From Elsinoe ampelina (taxonomy: Eukaryota), in the NCBI GenBank assembly GCA_010093995.1, contig ML992506.1:1229109-1293108 (forward strand): a stretch of 64,000 nt of DNA. The letters are read 5' to 3'. Every line of letters begins with the position of its first letter. Position 1 is the first letter of the stretch. The position numbers and the translations under genes are program-made. The notes below the pieces were generated by a model. It saw only the letters and a program-made list of their open reading frames with translations. It was not told the origin of the DNA and did no database searches. Shown here in pieces: positions 12,454 to 25,563 of the stretch.

Positions 12454-15400
12454 GGTTATAAGCCTAGAGCTTATAGCACAAGTATAGAATTATATATATA
12501 GTAGTTAGCCTACTACTTAAACAAAACGGAAGCGGAATTATAATATCTCTACCGCCTTATAGTTAACTATCTAGATACCTTTAGTAAGCCTAGTAGACTA
12601 TACTATAAGTCGTGAAAGATTGTACTACTTAGAATAATAAGTAGGAATAGCACTTCTATTTAGTATAGGTTTAACTTCTATAATTATTCTACTATAGCTA
12701 CTGTTTATTAGCTAGATTAACTAAACATATTCGATTTATTAACTTCCTCTAAGGCCTAGCTAGCCTTATAGACAACTATTAACTAGAGGTTATTAACTAA
12801 ACTCGACCTTTATCTATTTATTTAATTCTCTTCTCCTTAGAGAACTTAATTCCTAACTATAGAAGATTAGTCCTTATCTTTAAGAAGACTAGTTATTAAG
12901 CTTAATAGACTTAACTAGAGAGAATAGTTCTACTAGATAGAAATATACCTTATAAGTAAGAATACCTTCTAGACTATTCGTAGTTAGACTACCCCTTTAG
13001 TAACACTATTATCCGATGACACCTCTAGCTCCTTTTTAGTCCTACCTATTAAGTTAAAGGACTAGTAAAAGGCTAATACAACTGCTAAGTACTAGGTTAT
13101 CTAGTATATCTTATAAGATAACAAAGAGTTACTATATAAGGAAGAGCTTATATTAGAATATTAGAGATTACTTAAGTCTAAGTATAAAACAAACCTTAAG
13201 GTAAGCGTAAGGGAGCTAGTTATCTAATTTGTAAACTATAAGATAGATAAGTAGAACACTATTAATAAAGCTTAGTTCTACCTTACTAGCCTAGGAAGAT
13301 AGATCGCTATTATCTACCTAGATAAGGGTTATTAGAGGGTAGTAGAGAGATTATAGTAGCTTCTCTCTTCTCTTTCTAACGACTATAGGTTTATAAGGTA
13401 AGCAATTAAAGTAAGGGAATTAACTAACATAGATAAGGTCCTTCTTATTCTTAAGGAGGAAGAGAGACGCCTTAGCAAGTATAAGATTACTATATTTGCT
13501 AGGGGGAGACTAAATTAAGGACCTAGTAGAAGTACAAGCTATATATATATCCTCTACTTATAGGCTAGTTATACCGTAACTAGATGCCCTTAACTTTAAA
13601 GAGTATAGAGGTATATTTAGCCTTCCTATAGAATTACTAAGAGCCTACTAAGGAGGAGAAGATCTCTATTAGCTTCTAATAATCTAGTTACCCTTATTAG
13701 GTATCTCACTAAGAAGGTTAATAGACTAGAAGTAGTATCTAAGTTAAAGAAAGGTAAAGCCTTTACTACTACTAAAGGCCGGTCTAAACCTTCCTCTCTA
13801 ATCTTAACTCTACTACCTAAAGTTCTATTAGGTAAAGAGAAACTTAAGACTATAGGCTCTATATTAGAGGTATAAGGTAAGCTTCTATATTATTAGTAGA
13901 TACTTAACTCTAGAGTATCTAACTATATAATAGATAAGCTAACCCTCTTTAGAGGCCTATTAAGCAAGATATACACTCGATAGATCTAGGTTAGGGGGGG
14001 TTACCTTTAGTTATAGTTAATAGGAACTACTATTATTAAGACTAAGAAGGGAGATAAGATAAAGGTATAGGCTCTTTATGTACCTAATCTTAGTGTTAAT
14101 TTAGTCTTCTATTATAAGCTATATATAGATTTAGGAGTTTCTAGAGTTCTTAATTTAAATTCTTTTCTTGTTTTTAATTTATAAAAGCAGCTACTACTTA
14201 AAGCTAGAATTCGAGGGGGGGTATACATTATCTAATCCCTCTTTAAGTAGTTAGCTAATTAAAAGCCGTATTCTAGATCTAAGCCTAGCTTAATTCTAGA
14301 TTTAGCTAATTAGGACATAGTATTTCTTACTACTTAGCTAGTAATTATATTACACACTAAGTATGCATATCTAACCTAGGATAAGCAACATAAGGATCTT
14401 ATTAATTTAAGACCCGACAACTCTAATATAGAGTACTAACTCTAGTATAGGAGATTTGCTTACCTTAGAGTTAAGAAGCTTAAGGATCTTTATAAGGTTA
14501 TAACTCTTAAGAAGCTTATTAATTTAAACTATAATTTGTTAATCCTATATAAAGTCTGTTCCTTAATAAAGATAAGAAACAGAAGAGGTAAAACTTTATA
14601 GAGAAGACTAGAGGTTCTTTAGCTTATTTATACTAACATCTATAGCCTAATTAAAGTAAGTAGAGAAGAATTTAGATACTTCCTAGAGCTTATAGACAGC
14701 TATTTAAGGATAATATAGATTATACCACTTAAGACAAGAGATAAAGCCCTATAGAGGCTTATTAAGTAGAAGCTAAGAGTTAAGAAGAAAAGTAATACTA
14801 AAGTTAAGATTACTAGATTAGATAATACTAGTAAGCTTAATAAGATTCTAAAGTAGTAGAAGCGCTAAGAAGGCATCTATTACACAACTACTAAGCTATA
14901 TAATTTAATCTAGAATAGACTAGTAGAGAAAGACATCTAAACCTTAGAGAATAGTATAAGAGCAATACTTAAGGACTTAAAGATACTAAATAAGTTCTAG
15001 TCTAAAGTAGTTTAGGTAGATACATATCTAAGGAATAGGACAGCAACTAGACCTATAATTAATAATAAGCAAGTTACACTAATTAAGGCCTATATAGGCA
15101 TTAAGCTATTAGTTAATTATATTAGAGTCTAGGGCTATAAGGTATATACCTATATAAATCTAAAGTCTCTTCCTATATATAGAAGAAAAGATAAGCTTAT
15201 AGACAGAGAGAGAGTAGAAGTATTCCTTAGCTATATAGATAGAACTAATAGGATATATAAGATATAGGTACCTAATAGGAAGGTAGTAATTATATTACTA
15301 AATATTAAGTTCTCTAAATTTAAGAAAGGTAGAAATATTAATCTTAGTATTAAGATTAGTACTACGAGTAATTAAGTACTAGTTAGGAGACTAATTAGTA

Positions 15401-17368
15401 GACTAACCTAGATCCGAGCCCGGCTTAATCCTAAGGTAGACTAATTAGATTAGCCTATTTAGCAAGAAGCGCCTATAGAGAGAATCTTCTTACACATCAA
15501 GATTCTAAGGGTTAACCCTATTAACCTTATAGAATTCTAACGTAGAGAAGAGCTAATAGTTTAATCTATATTACCTAATTATATAGGTTAATTACTTAAG
15601 AGATTAAGAGATAAAGAATCTAATAATAAAGAGCCTAAGGTAAAGCATTATAGAGCATTTATTACTAAGTATATTAATTAGTAAGATAAGGTTAATAAGA
15701 TTGCTATAATAGCCTCTATTAAGTAATATGTCCTAATTCTAAGAGACTACTATAAGGCTATTACTAATCTAGTTTAGGGAAGTAAGTAGTAGAAAGCAAT
15801 TAATATAGAGCTTAATACTCTAGGATTAAATAATATATAGAAAGAGGTTGTCCCTCTAAAAGAATTAAACTTAGTAATATTTAAGTAGGTCTTTAATGTT
15901 AAATACAACACGGATAGCTCTATTAAGAAGTTCAAGGCTAGACTTGTTACTAGAGGCTTCTTATAGAAGTATAGTATTAACTATAAAGACACATTTACAC
16001 TAATAGTTAGAGTAGATATACTAAGACTATTCTTTGCTATCGTGTGTATACTTAACCTTAAATGTTATTAGGTAGATATTAATAATACCTTTATAGAATT
16101 ATTCCTTAGGGAAGTAATTTATATAAGGCTACTACCTAGACTTAAGGTCTAACCTAGCATTGCCTTCTACATTCTTAGGAGCTTATATAGACTTAAGTAA
16201 GCTACTAGAGATTAGAATTAGCACTATATCTCTAAGCTTTTAAAGCTAGGCTTTACTTAGAGCGAAGTAGACCTCTATCTTCTTATATACTATAATAAGA
16301 AGATTATTCTCTTAGTTTATGTTAATAATATACTATTTATAGCACAAAGCAAAGAGAACATCTAGTAGTTCAAGTAAGAGCTTAGTAGAATCTTTAAGAT
16401 TAAGGATCTTAGTAAGGTTAGTAAAGTTCTTAGGGTTAAGGTTATAAGAGATAGATAACAAGGAACCTTAAGGCTTAACTAGACCTACTATATAGATAAT
16501 ATACTATAGAGGCTTAATATAACCTCTAATAAGGCTACTCTAATAAAGTAGCTAATAGACAATAAGCTCCCTTAGAGAGCTTAGACTAAAGATATAAGGT
16601 TTAGTAGAACTAAGTACTTACATGCTATTAGAAGCTAGATATACCTTAGTACTCTAATAAGACTAGATACTACCTTTACCTTAGGAAGGCTTAGTTAGTT
16701 TATAGTAGATCTAATAAACAGCTATACTATTAAGATAAAGAAGATATTAAGATATATTAGATTAACTAAAGATCTTAGTATAGTGTTTAGGAGAAATAGT
16801 AATAAGACTCTTAAGGGATATTCTAATTTAGACTATGCCTTAGACAAGACAGATAGAGTCTCTATTCTTAGATACGTCTTTATACTTATAGGTAGTCCTA
16901 TTAGCTAGATAAGTAGGAAGTAGAAGTCTGTTTTAACCTCTACTATAGAGGCTAAATATATAGTAATATACTCTTATACAAAGAGATTATAGTTCCTATC
17001 TCAGTTACTAAGAGATATAGGCTGTTATAAGATAGTTAGTTAATTACCTTAGAAGCTAACTATAAAGGAGTCTTAGAAAGCAATAATAAGATTACCCTTT
17101 ACTACTAAGATCAATAGTAATAACTAGGCAGCTCTTTTACTTATAAAGGAGCTATATACTTATAAAAGGGTAAAACATATTAATATTACTTACTACTACG
17201 TTAGGAGGCTATAGAGGGACTAGAGGATATAGGTTAAGTTTATAAGGATAGTAGACATAGTAGCTAATAGGTTAACTAAGCTATTATAAGGTTAGAACTT
17301 CACGAGGTTTATAAAGCAACTTAGCTTATTATCAACCTAATAGCTCATCTATAGGAGCTAAGTAGGAG

Positions 17369-17570
17369 TGCTAAGAATATAGCTCTCTCTAGATAATTAG
17401 GCCTAAAGGTTATATAACTATAGGTTATATAATGCTAAGTCCTAGGGATTTATAGCTATTCTTTCCTTCGGTAGATAGACTCCTTAATTAATTAACTCGT
17501 CTATCACCTAACTAGTGTGCGGATTGGTTCTATACAATACTCCACCCCTAAATGTGCCTTCTACTTAATA
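17369..17570 (+). repeat. Copia 3' LTR
   Basis: Direct repeat of 12252-12453. Confidence 0.93.
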
Positions 17571-17576
17571 ATTACT

Positions 17577-17908
17577 ATATAACTTTTCGTGAAATTTTCG
17601 TGTTTTTTGATATTTTAACGTGCATTAGTAAGCGTATTTTACTAATAAAGATATTTTGTCTATACTGTCAAAAATTCTACATTTTTTAGTACTATTTTTG
17701 CTTATGTAATCTTAGATCCTGATTTTTAGTAGTGATTTCAAATTTCTTTCTTCTTCTAAAAATCAGGATCTAGGATTACGTAAGCGAAAGTAGTACCAAA
17801 AAATGTAGATTTTTTTATAGTATAGAAAAAATACTTTAGATTATAAAAGAAGCTTACTAATACACGTAAAAACATCAAAAAACACGAAAATTTTACGAAA
17901 AGTTATAT
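17577..17908. repeat. Foldback / MITE-like long inverted repeat (arms ~155 bp, loop ~25 bp)
   Basis: ATATAACTTTTCGTGAAATTTTCGTGTTTTTTGAT...GATCCTGATTTTTAG pairs with CTAAAAATCAGGATC...ATCAAAAAACACGAAAATTTTACGAAAAGTTATAT. Confidence 0.88.
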
Positions 17909-17949
17909 TATAATTACTATACTCTTTAGAGTATAGTAATTACCCACTT

Positions 17950-19200
17950 AACCACTCTAAATTTAATTATTTTATAACTCTTCTATTTATTAAGATAAGC
18001 TCTATAACTCTTCTATATCTCCTTTACTATCTTATCTCTCTTCTTTACTATTATTAAGCTCTAGTTAATCTTAGATTTATACTTATCTAGATTAAGTACC
18101 TCTAGATTATATAAGGCATTAATTACTACTACTTTTACTACTCTCTTATTATCTCTCTATAGGCCTTACTTATTAATTAAGAAGTTATAAAGAGTAGCTA
18201 GAGTATATACTAGCTTAATCTATATAAGAATTAGAAAAGAGTAAAGTTATATAAGGATTTTAAAGTAGCCTTTAAAGACTCTAAAGACTCTCTCTATAAT
18301 GTTTCTTATCTATATATAGTAGAGATTAAAGATCTCTTAAGAGTTCTCTAGCTTATAACTAGTAGCTCTCTACTTATAAAGGTAATATCTTATACTATAG
18401 TAAAGCACTAGTAAGTTATCTCTATTACTATATCTAGTATTAGCTAGATAGTAATAATCTCTAAGTATTATAAAGCTCTTTTTATATACTAAGCTAAGTA
18501 CTTTAGAGTTATATATAGACCTCTTCTATCTAGCTAATATATATATAAAATATATATTAAAGTCTACTACTATAAGTATATTCTATATAAGTATACTCTT
18601 TCTATTTCTCTAAGGCAATTACTTACTAATAATATATACTAGTAAATATAATTTATCTAGCGCTCTAATATAGCTTTTAAAGAAAGGCTAGAACTTATAG
18701 TTAGTTTAATATTTTAGTAGTAAATTAACTAGCTAAGAGATAGACTATATAGCCTTAAGATAAAGAGGTACTAGACTATCTAGTACTTAGTAAAAGGTAG
18801 TACTAATAGTCTATAGAGTATACCTTATCTAGATTACTATATCTTAGTAAGAGCTATTAGTACTAATAAGATTAAGAAAGATAGTAAGGTAGTAATAAGC
18901 CTTATACTAATAGCTACCTCTTAAAGGTAAGTTCTTTTAGTGCTATAGCTTATTAAGAAGCACTTTAAAAGAGAAGAGCTAGTAGTAAGTATACTAGTAT
19001 AGATATTTAGAGTCTTTAAGAATAGTATTAAGGCTTACTATACTAAGGCCTTAGTAACGCTAGTAAAGCACTATTATTCTTTTAGTTAGCTAATAAGTTA
19101 TATAAGCACGCTAGATAATTAGCTAGATAATAGCGACAATAGCTAGCTTAAGCTGCTTCTCTATTGTAATTGCTCTATACTAACTATATTATAGCCTTAC
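17950..19200 (-). pseudogene. RIP-mutated Harbinger (DDE_Tnp_4/HARBI1-like) transposase
   Basis: Minus strand reads KF*PFFKSYIRALDK..*RNRKSILI*NILIVVDFNIYFIYILAR*KRSIYNSKV..YYYLANTRY..IFNL..IRNIIERVFRVFKGYFKIL. This matches PFFK.CIGALDG / WRNRKG..QNVL..DFD..YVLAGWEGSAHD / YLADAGY / FNLRH..RN.IER.FGV.K.RF.IL after G>A and C>T changes. Ends are approximate. Confidence 0.85.
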
Positions 19201-20917
19201 AAACACTACCTCCTCTACCGCCGAGTAGCCTCACTGCCTTACTAGAGGCTTGAGCACTAGCTAGAGCGATCCACACCTCCTTCACGGCAACCGCCAAACT
19301 CTATTACTGCGCTAGTTGTAATCGATTACAAGATAAACGGATTACGAAAGTATACGCCCTCCTATTCTGCACACACACATTGCAGGAAGAAGAAGGTGCG
19401 CGCGGCGTCGCGCTAGAGAGCGATATGTGCCGAGGCCGCAGGAGCGGGGAGGGCCCGGGGGCGTGTTGGTTTGGCCTCGCAGATGCGTGCAAGCGATGCG
19501 CTGCCGATCGGGGGGTAAGGTGTTGGTGTGGTTTGACAGATGATGTGAGTGTCAGAGGGAAAGCCTTGCGGTGATTGCGATTATGGCAGGCCTTGGGATG
19601 TTTGGTATCGAAAATATAGATGAGGTTTGAGACGCTGATTTTGGATTTCACAGTTTGGGACCGAGGCAGGTACGAGCCGTGGCGAGGCATGCCATTACTT
19701 GGAAAGCTACCATGGGACGGCAATGTTGGTAGTAATCGCTTTGAAATGTGTATGGAGTAGTAGTAGAGCGACGTCGTCAGTCTGAGACAATGGCGGCCCT
19801 CGTGTGCCAAACTTCTTGTCTCATCAAGGTTTCCGCCACAAAGGCAGAAAAAAGAGAGGGACTATCTATTTCTCCGCGAACTGTATCTGAGATGACACTG
19901 TAAAAGTACAAGCCATTTTAGCCGTGGACAAGATAATCAGGGTCTTGTTGGTCTGCCTGTCAGGCTTCAATGCTCCATCAAAGAGTGGCACTGCGAAATG
20001 AGATGCGTTGTTGTCCATCACGAATTGGATGCGCATGACAATGACAGCTGCACGGTTCACTCATCTATCGAGCATCTATCGGAGTGAACAGGCAAGGACG
20101 GGAGACCTGAACTTGGTCGAATGCAACTCGACGTCGGAGGCTCCGTTCGGTGAGCCAATCTCTTCCTCTCATGGACAAGCAAATCTGTCTCTAGTCGCTG
20201 TTGCTTCTGCCCCTTCATCTGCCGACATGTTTCCATGCCTTCTTTTGCTTCTTCTTCCCGCCGTTGCATGAGCTGATCAAACGCCTCTGTCACTCTTTGG
20301 CCCCGTCAGTCCCGCTAGTGTCGACATGCCTGCCTTGGCCATGAGGCACGGTAGGGAACGAAAGAGCTTGCGCCATCCAAGAAAGAAGCTCAAGCCTCTC
20401 ACCGGTGTCTACTCAGTTCGGCTGCCCATTGGCGCGAGAACGTAGCAGGGAGAAAAACTGGGACACCACTTGCAGATCATCCATTGCAGCAACTTCCTCT
20501 GTCAGGCTAAGTTAGGCTTGTGAGGTATCTTATTCTGTAACATTCGCCCTCGAGCTGTGCCGCAGACTCGCGCGCGGGATTGGCCACGACCAGGCCCCAT
20601 TAATCTATTCCTCCTCAGGTTATGATCGAGCAATATTCTTCCCAATCAATGCCCTCTAGTGACTATCACTGACTCTTGTTGACCGCGTTCTGGACACAGC
20701 TGCCACGCTGCGGGTCTCCGACTTGTGCTGCTCGATATCCCGGCTCTTCTTTCGCCTCTTTCTATCCTGTCTACACGCTTGTCGTGCCGGCTTGGAAGGC
20801 TGTATCTCGAAAAGTATAATCTGACCTTGCGGCGCACTTTTTGACTTGTTACTCTCGACCATACCTCGACTTTGACTTCTCGCCATCAAGTCGCAGACAC
20901 ACCACACTGCAACAAAC

Positions 20918-22518
20918 ATGGCCGCAGTCCTCCCAAAGGCAGCTGACATTGTCACTGCCGCCATGCCTCTGGAAGATGCCTCCATGTCGAGTGGTCTAAA
21001 GTCACCATCTGCCATTCCCGAGTATGATACCGCAAAGATCAGGGCGCTCAATCGCAAACTCGACATGCGAGTGTTACCTCCCATTGTCGTACTGTGGTTC
21101 TGGGCTTTCATCGGTATGTCGCAGATGCTCAACATCTTACAGCCCCTACTAACTTTGCCCCAGATCGTGTCAACATGGGTAGCGCAAGAGTCTTTGGTCT
21201 CGAACGAGATCTCAAGATGGTTGGCGACCAGTTCAATATCGCTCTTGTGATCTTCTTCATCCCATTTATTTTGCTGGAAGTGCCTTCCAATCTTGTCATG
21301 ACGAAGCGGTTGCTCAAGCCATCGACCTGGTTATGCCTGCAGGTCTTCTGCCTTGCCTGCTTCACTGTGGGTCAGGGTGTGGTGCAGAGCTTCTCTGCTC
21401 TCGTGGCTATGCGATGGTTCATTGGTGTATTCGAGGCTGGACTTGTACCTGGTGAGCAATACAAGATGGGAAGAACAAAGGAAAGTGACTGAACATGATC
21501 AGGCTGCATTGTACTCCTCTCCACCTACTACCCACGTTTCGACCTTCAATGGCGTCTTAATATCCTCATGGTCGGCAATGCTTTGGCCGGTGCTTTCGGG
21601 GGTCTTTTGGCATACGCCATCGCTGGTCTCTCCGGCCGCAACGGCTACTCTGGCTGGCGCTGGATCTTCATCATCGAGGGCTGCATCACCGCCGGTATTG
21701 TCGTCATCTGCTGGCTGCTTATGGTAGACTGGCCGGAAGAGATGAAGTGGCTCACTGATGAGGAGCGCGAGATGATCAAGAACCGCATCCACGCTCAAGC
21801 CGGTACCTTCAGAATGGACCGCTTCGATGGTCCTGCACGCAAGCGTACTTTCCTCGACTGGAAGATCTTGATCAACATCCTCATCTACGTCGGCACTGTC
21901 GCTACCACCTACTCGATCAACCTTTTCTCCCCGACTATCGTCCAGGCGCTCAACCCGACTTACTCTGGCCGCCGCGTACAAGCGCTTTGCATCCCCATCT
22001 TCGTGCTCTCCACAGCCACTGCGCTCGGCTCAGCCCTTGTGTCCGACAAGCTCAGACACCGATACGGAGTCGCCATGGTCGGCTACATCACATCCATCGC
22101 CGGCTTCGCTATCCTGCTCAACCAGCGCAATGTCTCTGTCGGTGTTCGCTACGCCGCTCTGTACATCGTTTCCGGCGGCTCGTACATCTCCCTTCCCACC
22201 CTCTGGACCATGATGGTCAACAACGTCTCCGGCCGATACAAGACCTCGTACGCATCAGCCGCGCAGATCGGTCTCGGTTCATCCGGTGGTATCCTGGCTT
22301 CTCTCGTGTTCCAGCGCAAAGAGGCACCATTCTACTGGAAGGGATATTACAGCGTCTTCGGCGTGCTGCTCATGTCCACTGTCCTCATCACCGTCTATAC
22401 CGGTGGCCTGTACTTTGAGAACAAGAAGAGGGCAAAGGGTGGTCGGGATTACAGGTTCGAGGACAAGGACATTGATAACATGGGTGATGACCACCCTGAT
22501 TTCAGGTTCGTTTACTAG
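20918..22518 (+). CDS. MFS transporter, anion:cation symporter family (allantoate/nicotinate permease-like), 3 exons
   Basis: RKLDMRVLP, DRVNMGSA, FFIPFILLEVPSN, RWFIGVFEAG, GWRWIFIIEG and C-terminal GDDHPDFRFVY; introns at ~21114-21163 and ~21452-21502. Confidence 0.93.
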
Positions 22519-23041
22519 AGAATGAAAGGGTCGGGTGTCTGCGTATGAGCGTGATTCATTTGGATGGGATGTATTGGAAATGGAAAGCTAGACTGTACAT
22601 ATGACGGAATGAAGAAGACTCACCGTCAACTTCTACTGGCCTGTGCTGTGGCGTGAATACTCTTTGCATACGAGGTTGTCACGTGCGGTTCAACATGCGG
22701 AGGGGCTGGAGACTATCAGCTCTGTACAGACTTCCATCTTCAATTCATGACGAAACTCATAACATGATGCTGTGCTTAGTCAAATCTGCATTTGCAGAAT
22801 TACCATCAATCAAGGTCGGCAGCGAAATGAGATTTCCGGTCGGTGCTTGTCGGCCGCCTGGCAAGATTTCCGGTTATATATGAACGGTGTTGGAGCTGTC
22901 CTGACGCCGACCTTGCAGCGCAAGGGAACGTATATCAAACCATCTCAAGAACATCAAACAGCTCGTCCCCAACCCCTCTGCTATCATTTCTCCCTTGCTT
23001 GTCTCCATTCTTCCGAAAGTAAAGCTTCCACATCCATCACA

Positions 23042-24106
23042 ATGGACACAGCCTCCTCCCTCCTCACCTCCCTCTCCCACTCCCTCTCCAAACTCTACCC
23101 ATCCCCACCCCCTCGCGCCTCCCTCCTCTCCCACCTCCCCACCACCCCTCTCTCCATCCTCGGCCTCCTCACCACAACCTACCTCACCCTCCGCGCCCTC
23201 CTCTCCCTCACCCCTCACCTCCTCCGCTCCTCCCTCCCCAAATACCAACACTCCCGCCCCTACTCCACCTGGGCCCTCATCACCGGCGCCTCGGACGGCA
23301 TCGGGCTAGGCTTCACCCACGCCCTCCTCAGCAAAGGCTTCAACATCCTCCTCCACGGGCGCAACGAAGCCAAACTCGCCTCCCTCGCCACAACCCTCCA
23401 CACCCAATACCCCTCTGCCGAAATCCGCACCGTCCTCGCCGACGCCTCCACCTTCACCCCATCCGACATCGAACGCATCCGCACCACCGCCTCCTCCCTC
23501 CCCGGGCCCCTAACCGTGCTCATCAACAACGTAGGCGGCGCCCCTCCCGTCCCTGACCCGTACACCTCCCTGGCAGAAACGTCCCCCGAAACCATCGACA
23601 CAATCATAAGCATGAACCTGCGCTTCCCCGTCCACCTGACCCGCTCCCTCCTCCCGCTCCTGCAATCCCACCCGCCCTCGTTGATCCTCAACGTCGGCTC
23701 CGCCGCGGGCGAAGTCGGCATCCCTTACCTCTCCACCTACTGCGGGAGTAAAGCCTTTAACCTCCGTTGGTCCCAGGCGCTGGCGGCGGAGATGGTGGTG
23801 GCACAAGGCCATGATGGGGTCGAGGTGTTGGGGGTGCTGGTGGGGAATGTCATGAGCGGTAGTAACAAGATCGGGGACGGGTTCTTTACTTGTGATTCCC
23901 GGACCATGGCGGAGGAGGCGTTGGGGAAGGTCGGGTGGGGAGGGAATAGGTGGGGGTGGTGGCGGCATGGGGTGCAGTTTACCCTGGTGGGGTTGGTGCC
24001 GGAGTGGGTGAGGGTGAAGGGGGTGGCGGGGATGATGAGGGAGAGGAAGAGGTTGCATGGGGTTATGGAGAGGGAGAAGGGTGGGGAGGAGGCGATGCAG
24101 GGTTAG
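23042..24106 (+). CDS. Short-chain dehydrogenase/reductase (17-beta-HSD / very-long-chain 3-oxoacyl-CoA reductase-like)
   Basis: WALITGASDGIG, LINNVG, catalytic YCGSK and an N-terminal hydrophobic anchor. Confidence 0.9.
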   Translation: MDTASSLLTSLSHSLSKLYPSPPPRASLLSHLPTTPLSILGLLTTTYLTLRALLSLTPHLLRSSLPKYQHSRPYSTWALITGASDGIGLGFTHALLSKGFNILLHGRNEAKLASLATTLHTQYPSAEIRTVLADASTFTPSDIERIRTTASSLPGPLTVLINNVGGAPPVPDPYTSLAETSPETIDTIISMNLRFPVHLTRSLLPLLQSHPPSLILNVGSAAGEVGIPYLSTYCGSKAFNLRWSQALAAEMVVAQGHDGVEVLGVLVGNVMSGSNKIGDGFFTCDSRTMAEEALGKVGWGGNRWGWWRHGVQFTLVGLVPEWVRVKGVAGMMRERKRLHGVMEREKGGEEAMQG

Positions 24107-24354
24107 CCATAAGAGGAGGGAAGCGAGGAGAGGTTCGTGGAATGTCATTACATTATGTCCGTCGTCCCTCCGCAAGTGCGAGAGGGGGATGGGGGTATCC
24201 AATTGCATGCTTGTGACTGGGAAATGCTGATGCTCCTTCTCTTGCTTTCGTGTCTCTGCCTGGCCAACGCAGGTATGTATGCTCTTCTGCGCCGAAACGC
24301 CATGCCGTGTTTTCAAGATCGTTAATCTTGCCTTCCGTGTTCTTGGTCGGCTAG

Positions 24355-25563
24355 TCATTTCTGATGACGCTTCTCTGCCCATAGATAGCCGCAGACACCG
24401 ACAATGGCCACGGTGACTCCCACGATGCTGCCCGCCGCCACGGCCTGGGTCATTTGTGACCAGCCGATGACGACAATGACGATTGTCTTGACTTGGCCAA
24501 CGATAGTACCGGCCAGTGATCCTGCAAGACCGATGACTTTGAATTGGCTGAGGTTGATGAGGATAGCGCAGAAACCGCTCTGATATATGTTAGCTGTTGC
24601 TTCCTTTGAATGTATTCCCGCTCGGGAAGAGAAACATGGGTAGACTCACCAGTAGTACAGCACACCAGAGATTGGCGTCAAACCTGGCAAAGTCGGGCCA
24701 CTTCCCACCAATCACACCCAGAATGAAGAGGAATCCAGCTCCTACAGGACTCTGAGCGTGCAAAAGTTGTTGCGAGTTCATCTCCAGCTTCTCGTGAAAT
24801 GTGCTGATCCAGACAGTGTAGATACTGCTGATGACCACGCCCATCAAAGCGAATGCCGCTCCGAATAAAGATGTGCTGTTCCCCTTGCTCTTCTTCCCCT
24901 GGCTGTCCGAGTAGGCCATGAATGCAACGCCTGCACAAATGGGGATCAACATGTACGCTGCCAGACGTGGGATCCGTTTTGAGAAGAATACATAGTTGAT
25001 GCCGGCCACCACAGGTGTGAGGAGGACGCGAGCTGTCTGGTAGAAGGGAACGGAGCAGAAGGCGAGGGAGGTGTTGAGGAAGACGACCGAGAGTGACATG
25101 GAGGCTGCCAGGGGCAGGATAGCTTGAATGGTGCAGGTCCGACGCTCGAAGATACGGATGGCGGCAAGAGAGGCCGACGGTGAAGAGAGGAGTGTGAGGA
25201 GCACATAGGTAAGAGTCAAGTGGTAGCTGGCGAAGAAGAATTGGGCCGAGTGGAAGTGGGGTGACTTGAAGATGGACTTGTTGATAAAGACCTGATGTTG
25301 TCAGTGGGAGGGAGTGACAAGAGACCTGTTAGTGGACCTACGATTGCTACTGTGCTGCAGATGTTTACCAGGATCCAGAATGCCACCGTACTCCGTGGAA
25401 CCGGCTGTTTCGTCTTTGTGGCTGCCTCTTCATCGTGGCCCAGGAACGAGTCCTTTTCGTCTATCATCGAGTCTGCTCGGTCTGAATCTGAAAGGTATGG
25501 GGAGAAGGGGCCATCTTTTTCGTCGATAAGAGAATCGCGCTGTGTGTAGAGGTCAGTCCTCAT
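24355..25563 (-). CDS. Triose-phosphate/nucleotide-sugar transporter family protein (SLC35E3-like), 3 exons
   Basis: FWILVNICSTVAIVFINKSIF, NTSLAFCSVPFYQTARVLLTPVVA, LEMNSQQLL, INLSQF...GQVKT. Confidence 0.88.

Larger units (their letters stand above)
12252..17570 (+). mobile_element. Ty1/copia LTR retrotransposon, full length, RIP-mutated
   Basis: 202-bp LTRs; PBS-like GGTTATAAGCC follows the 5' LTR and a purine tract precedes the 3' LTR. Relics: LIYTNIYS (integrase LIHTD, ~14620), KFKARLVTRGF (~15930), LVYVNNI (=YVDD, ~16315), GYSNLDYA (RNase H, ~16820), KHINITYYY (~17175). Order is IN-RT-RH. Confidence 0.92.
7565..19361 (-). mobile_element. PIF/Harbinger DNA transposon, RIP-inactivated, carrying nested insertions
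   Basis: Perfect 15-bp TIRs: GAGGGCGTATACTTT (7565-7579) and AAAGTATACGCCCTC (19347-19361). 3-bp TSD CTA at 7562-7564 and 19362-19364. A Harbinger transposase relic lies inside, and the AT-rich block ends at these termini. Confidence 0.85.
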
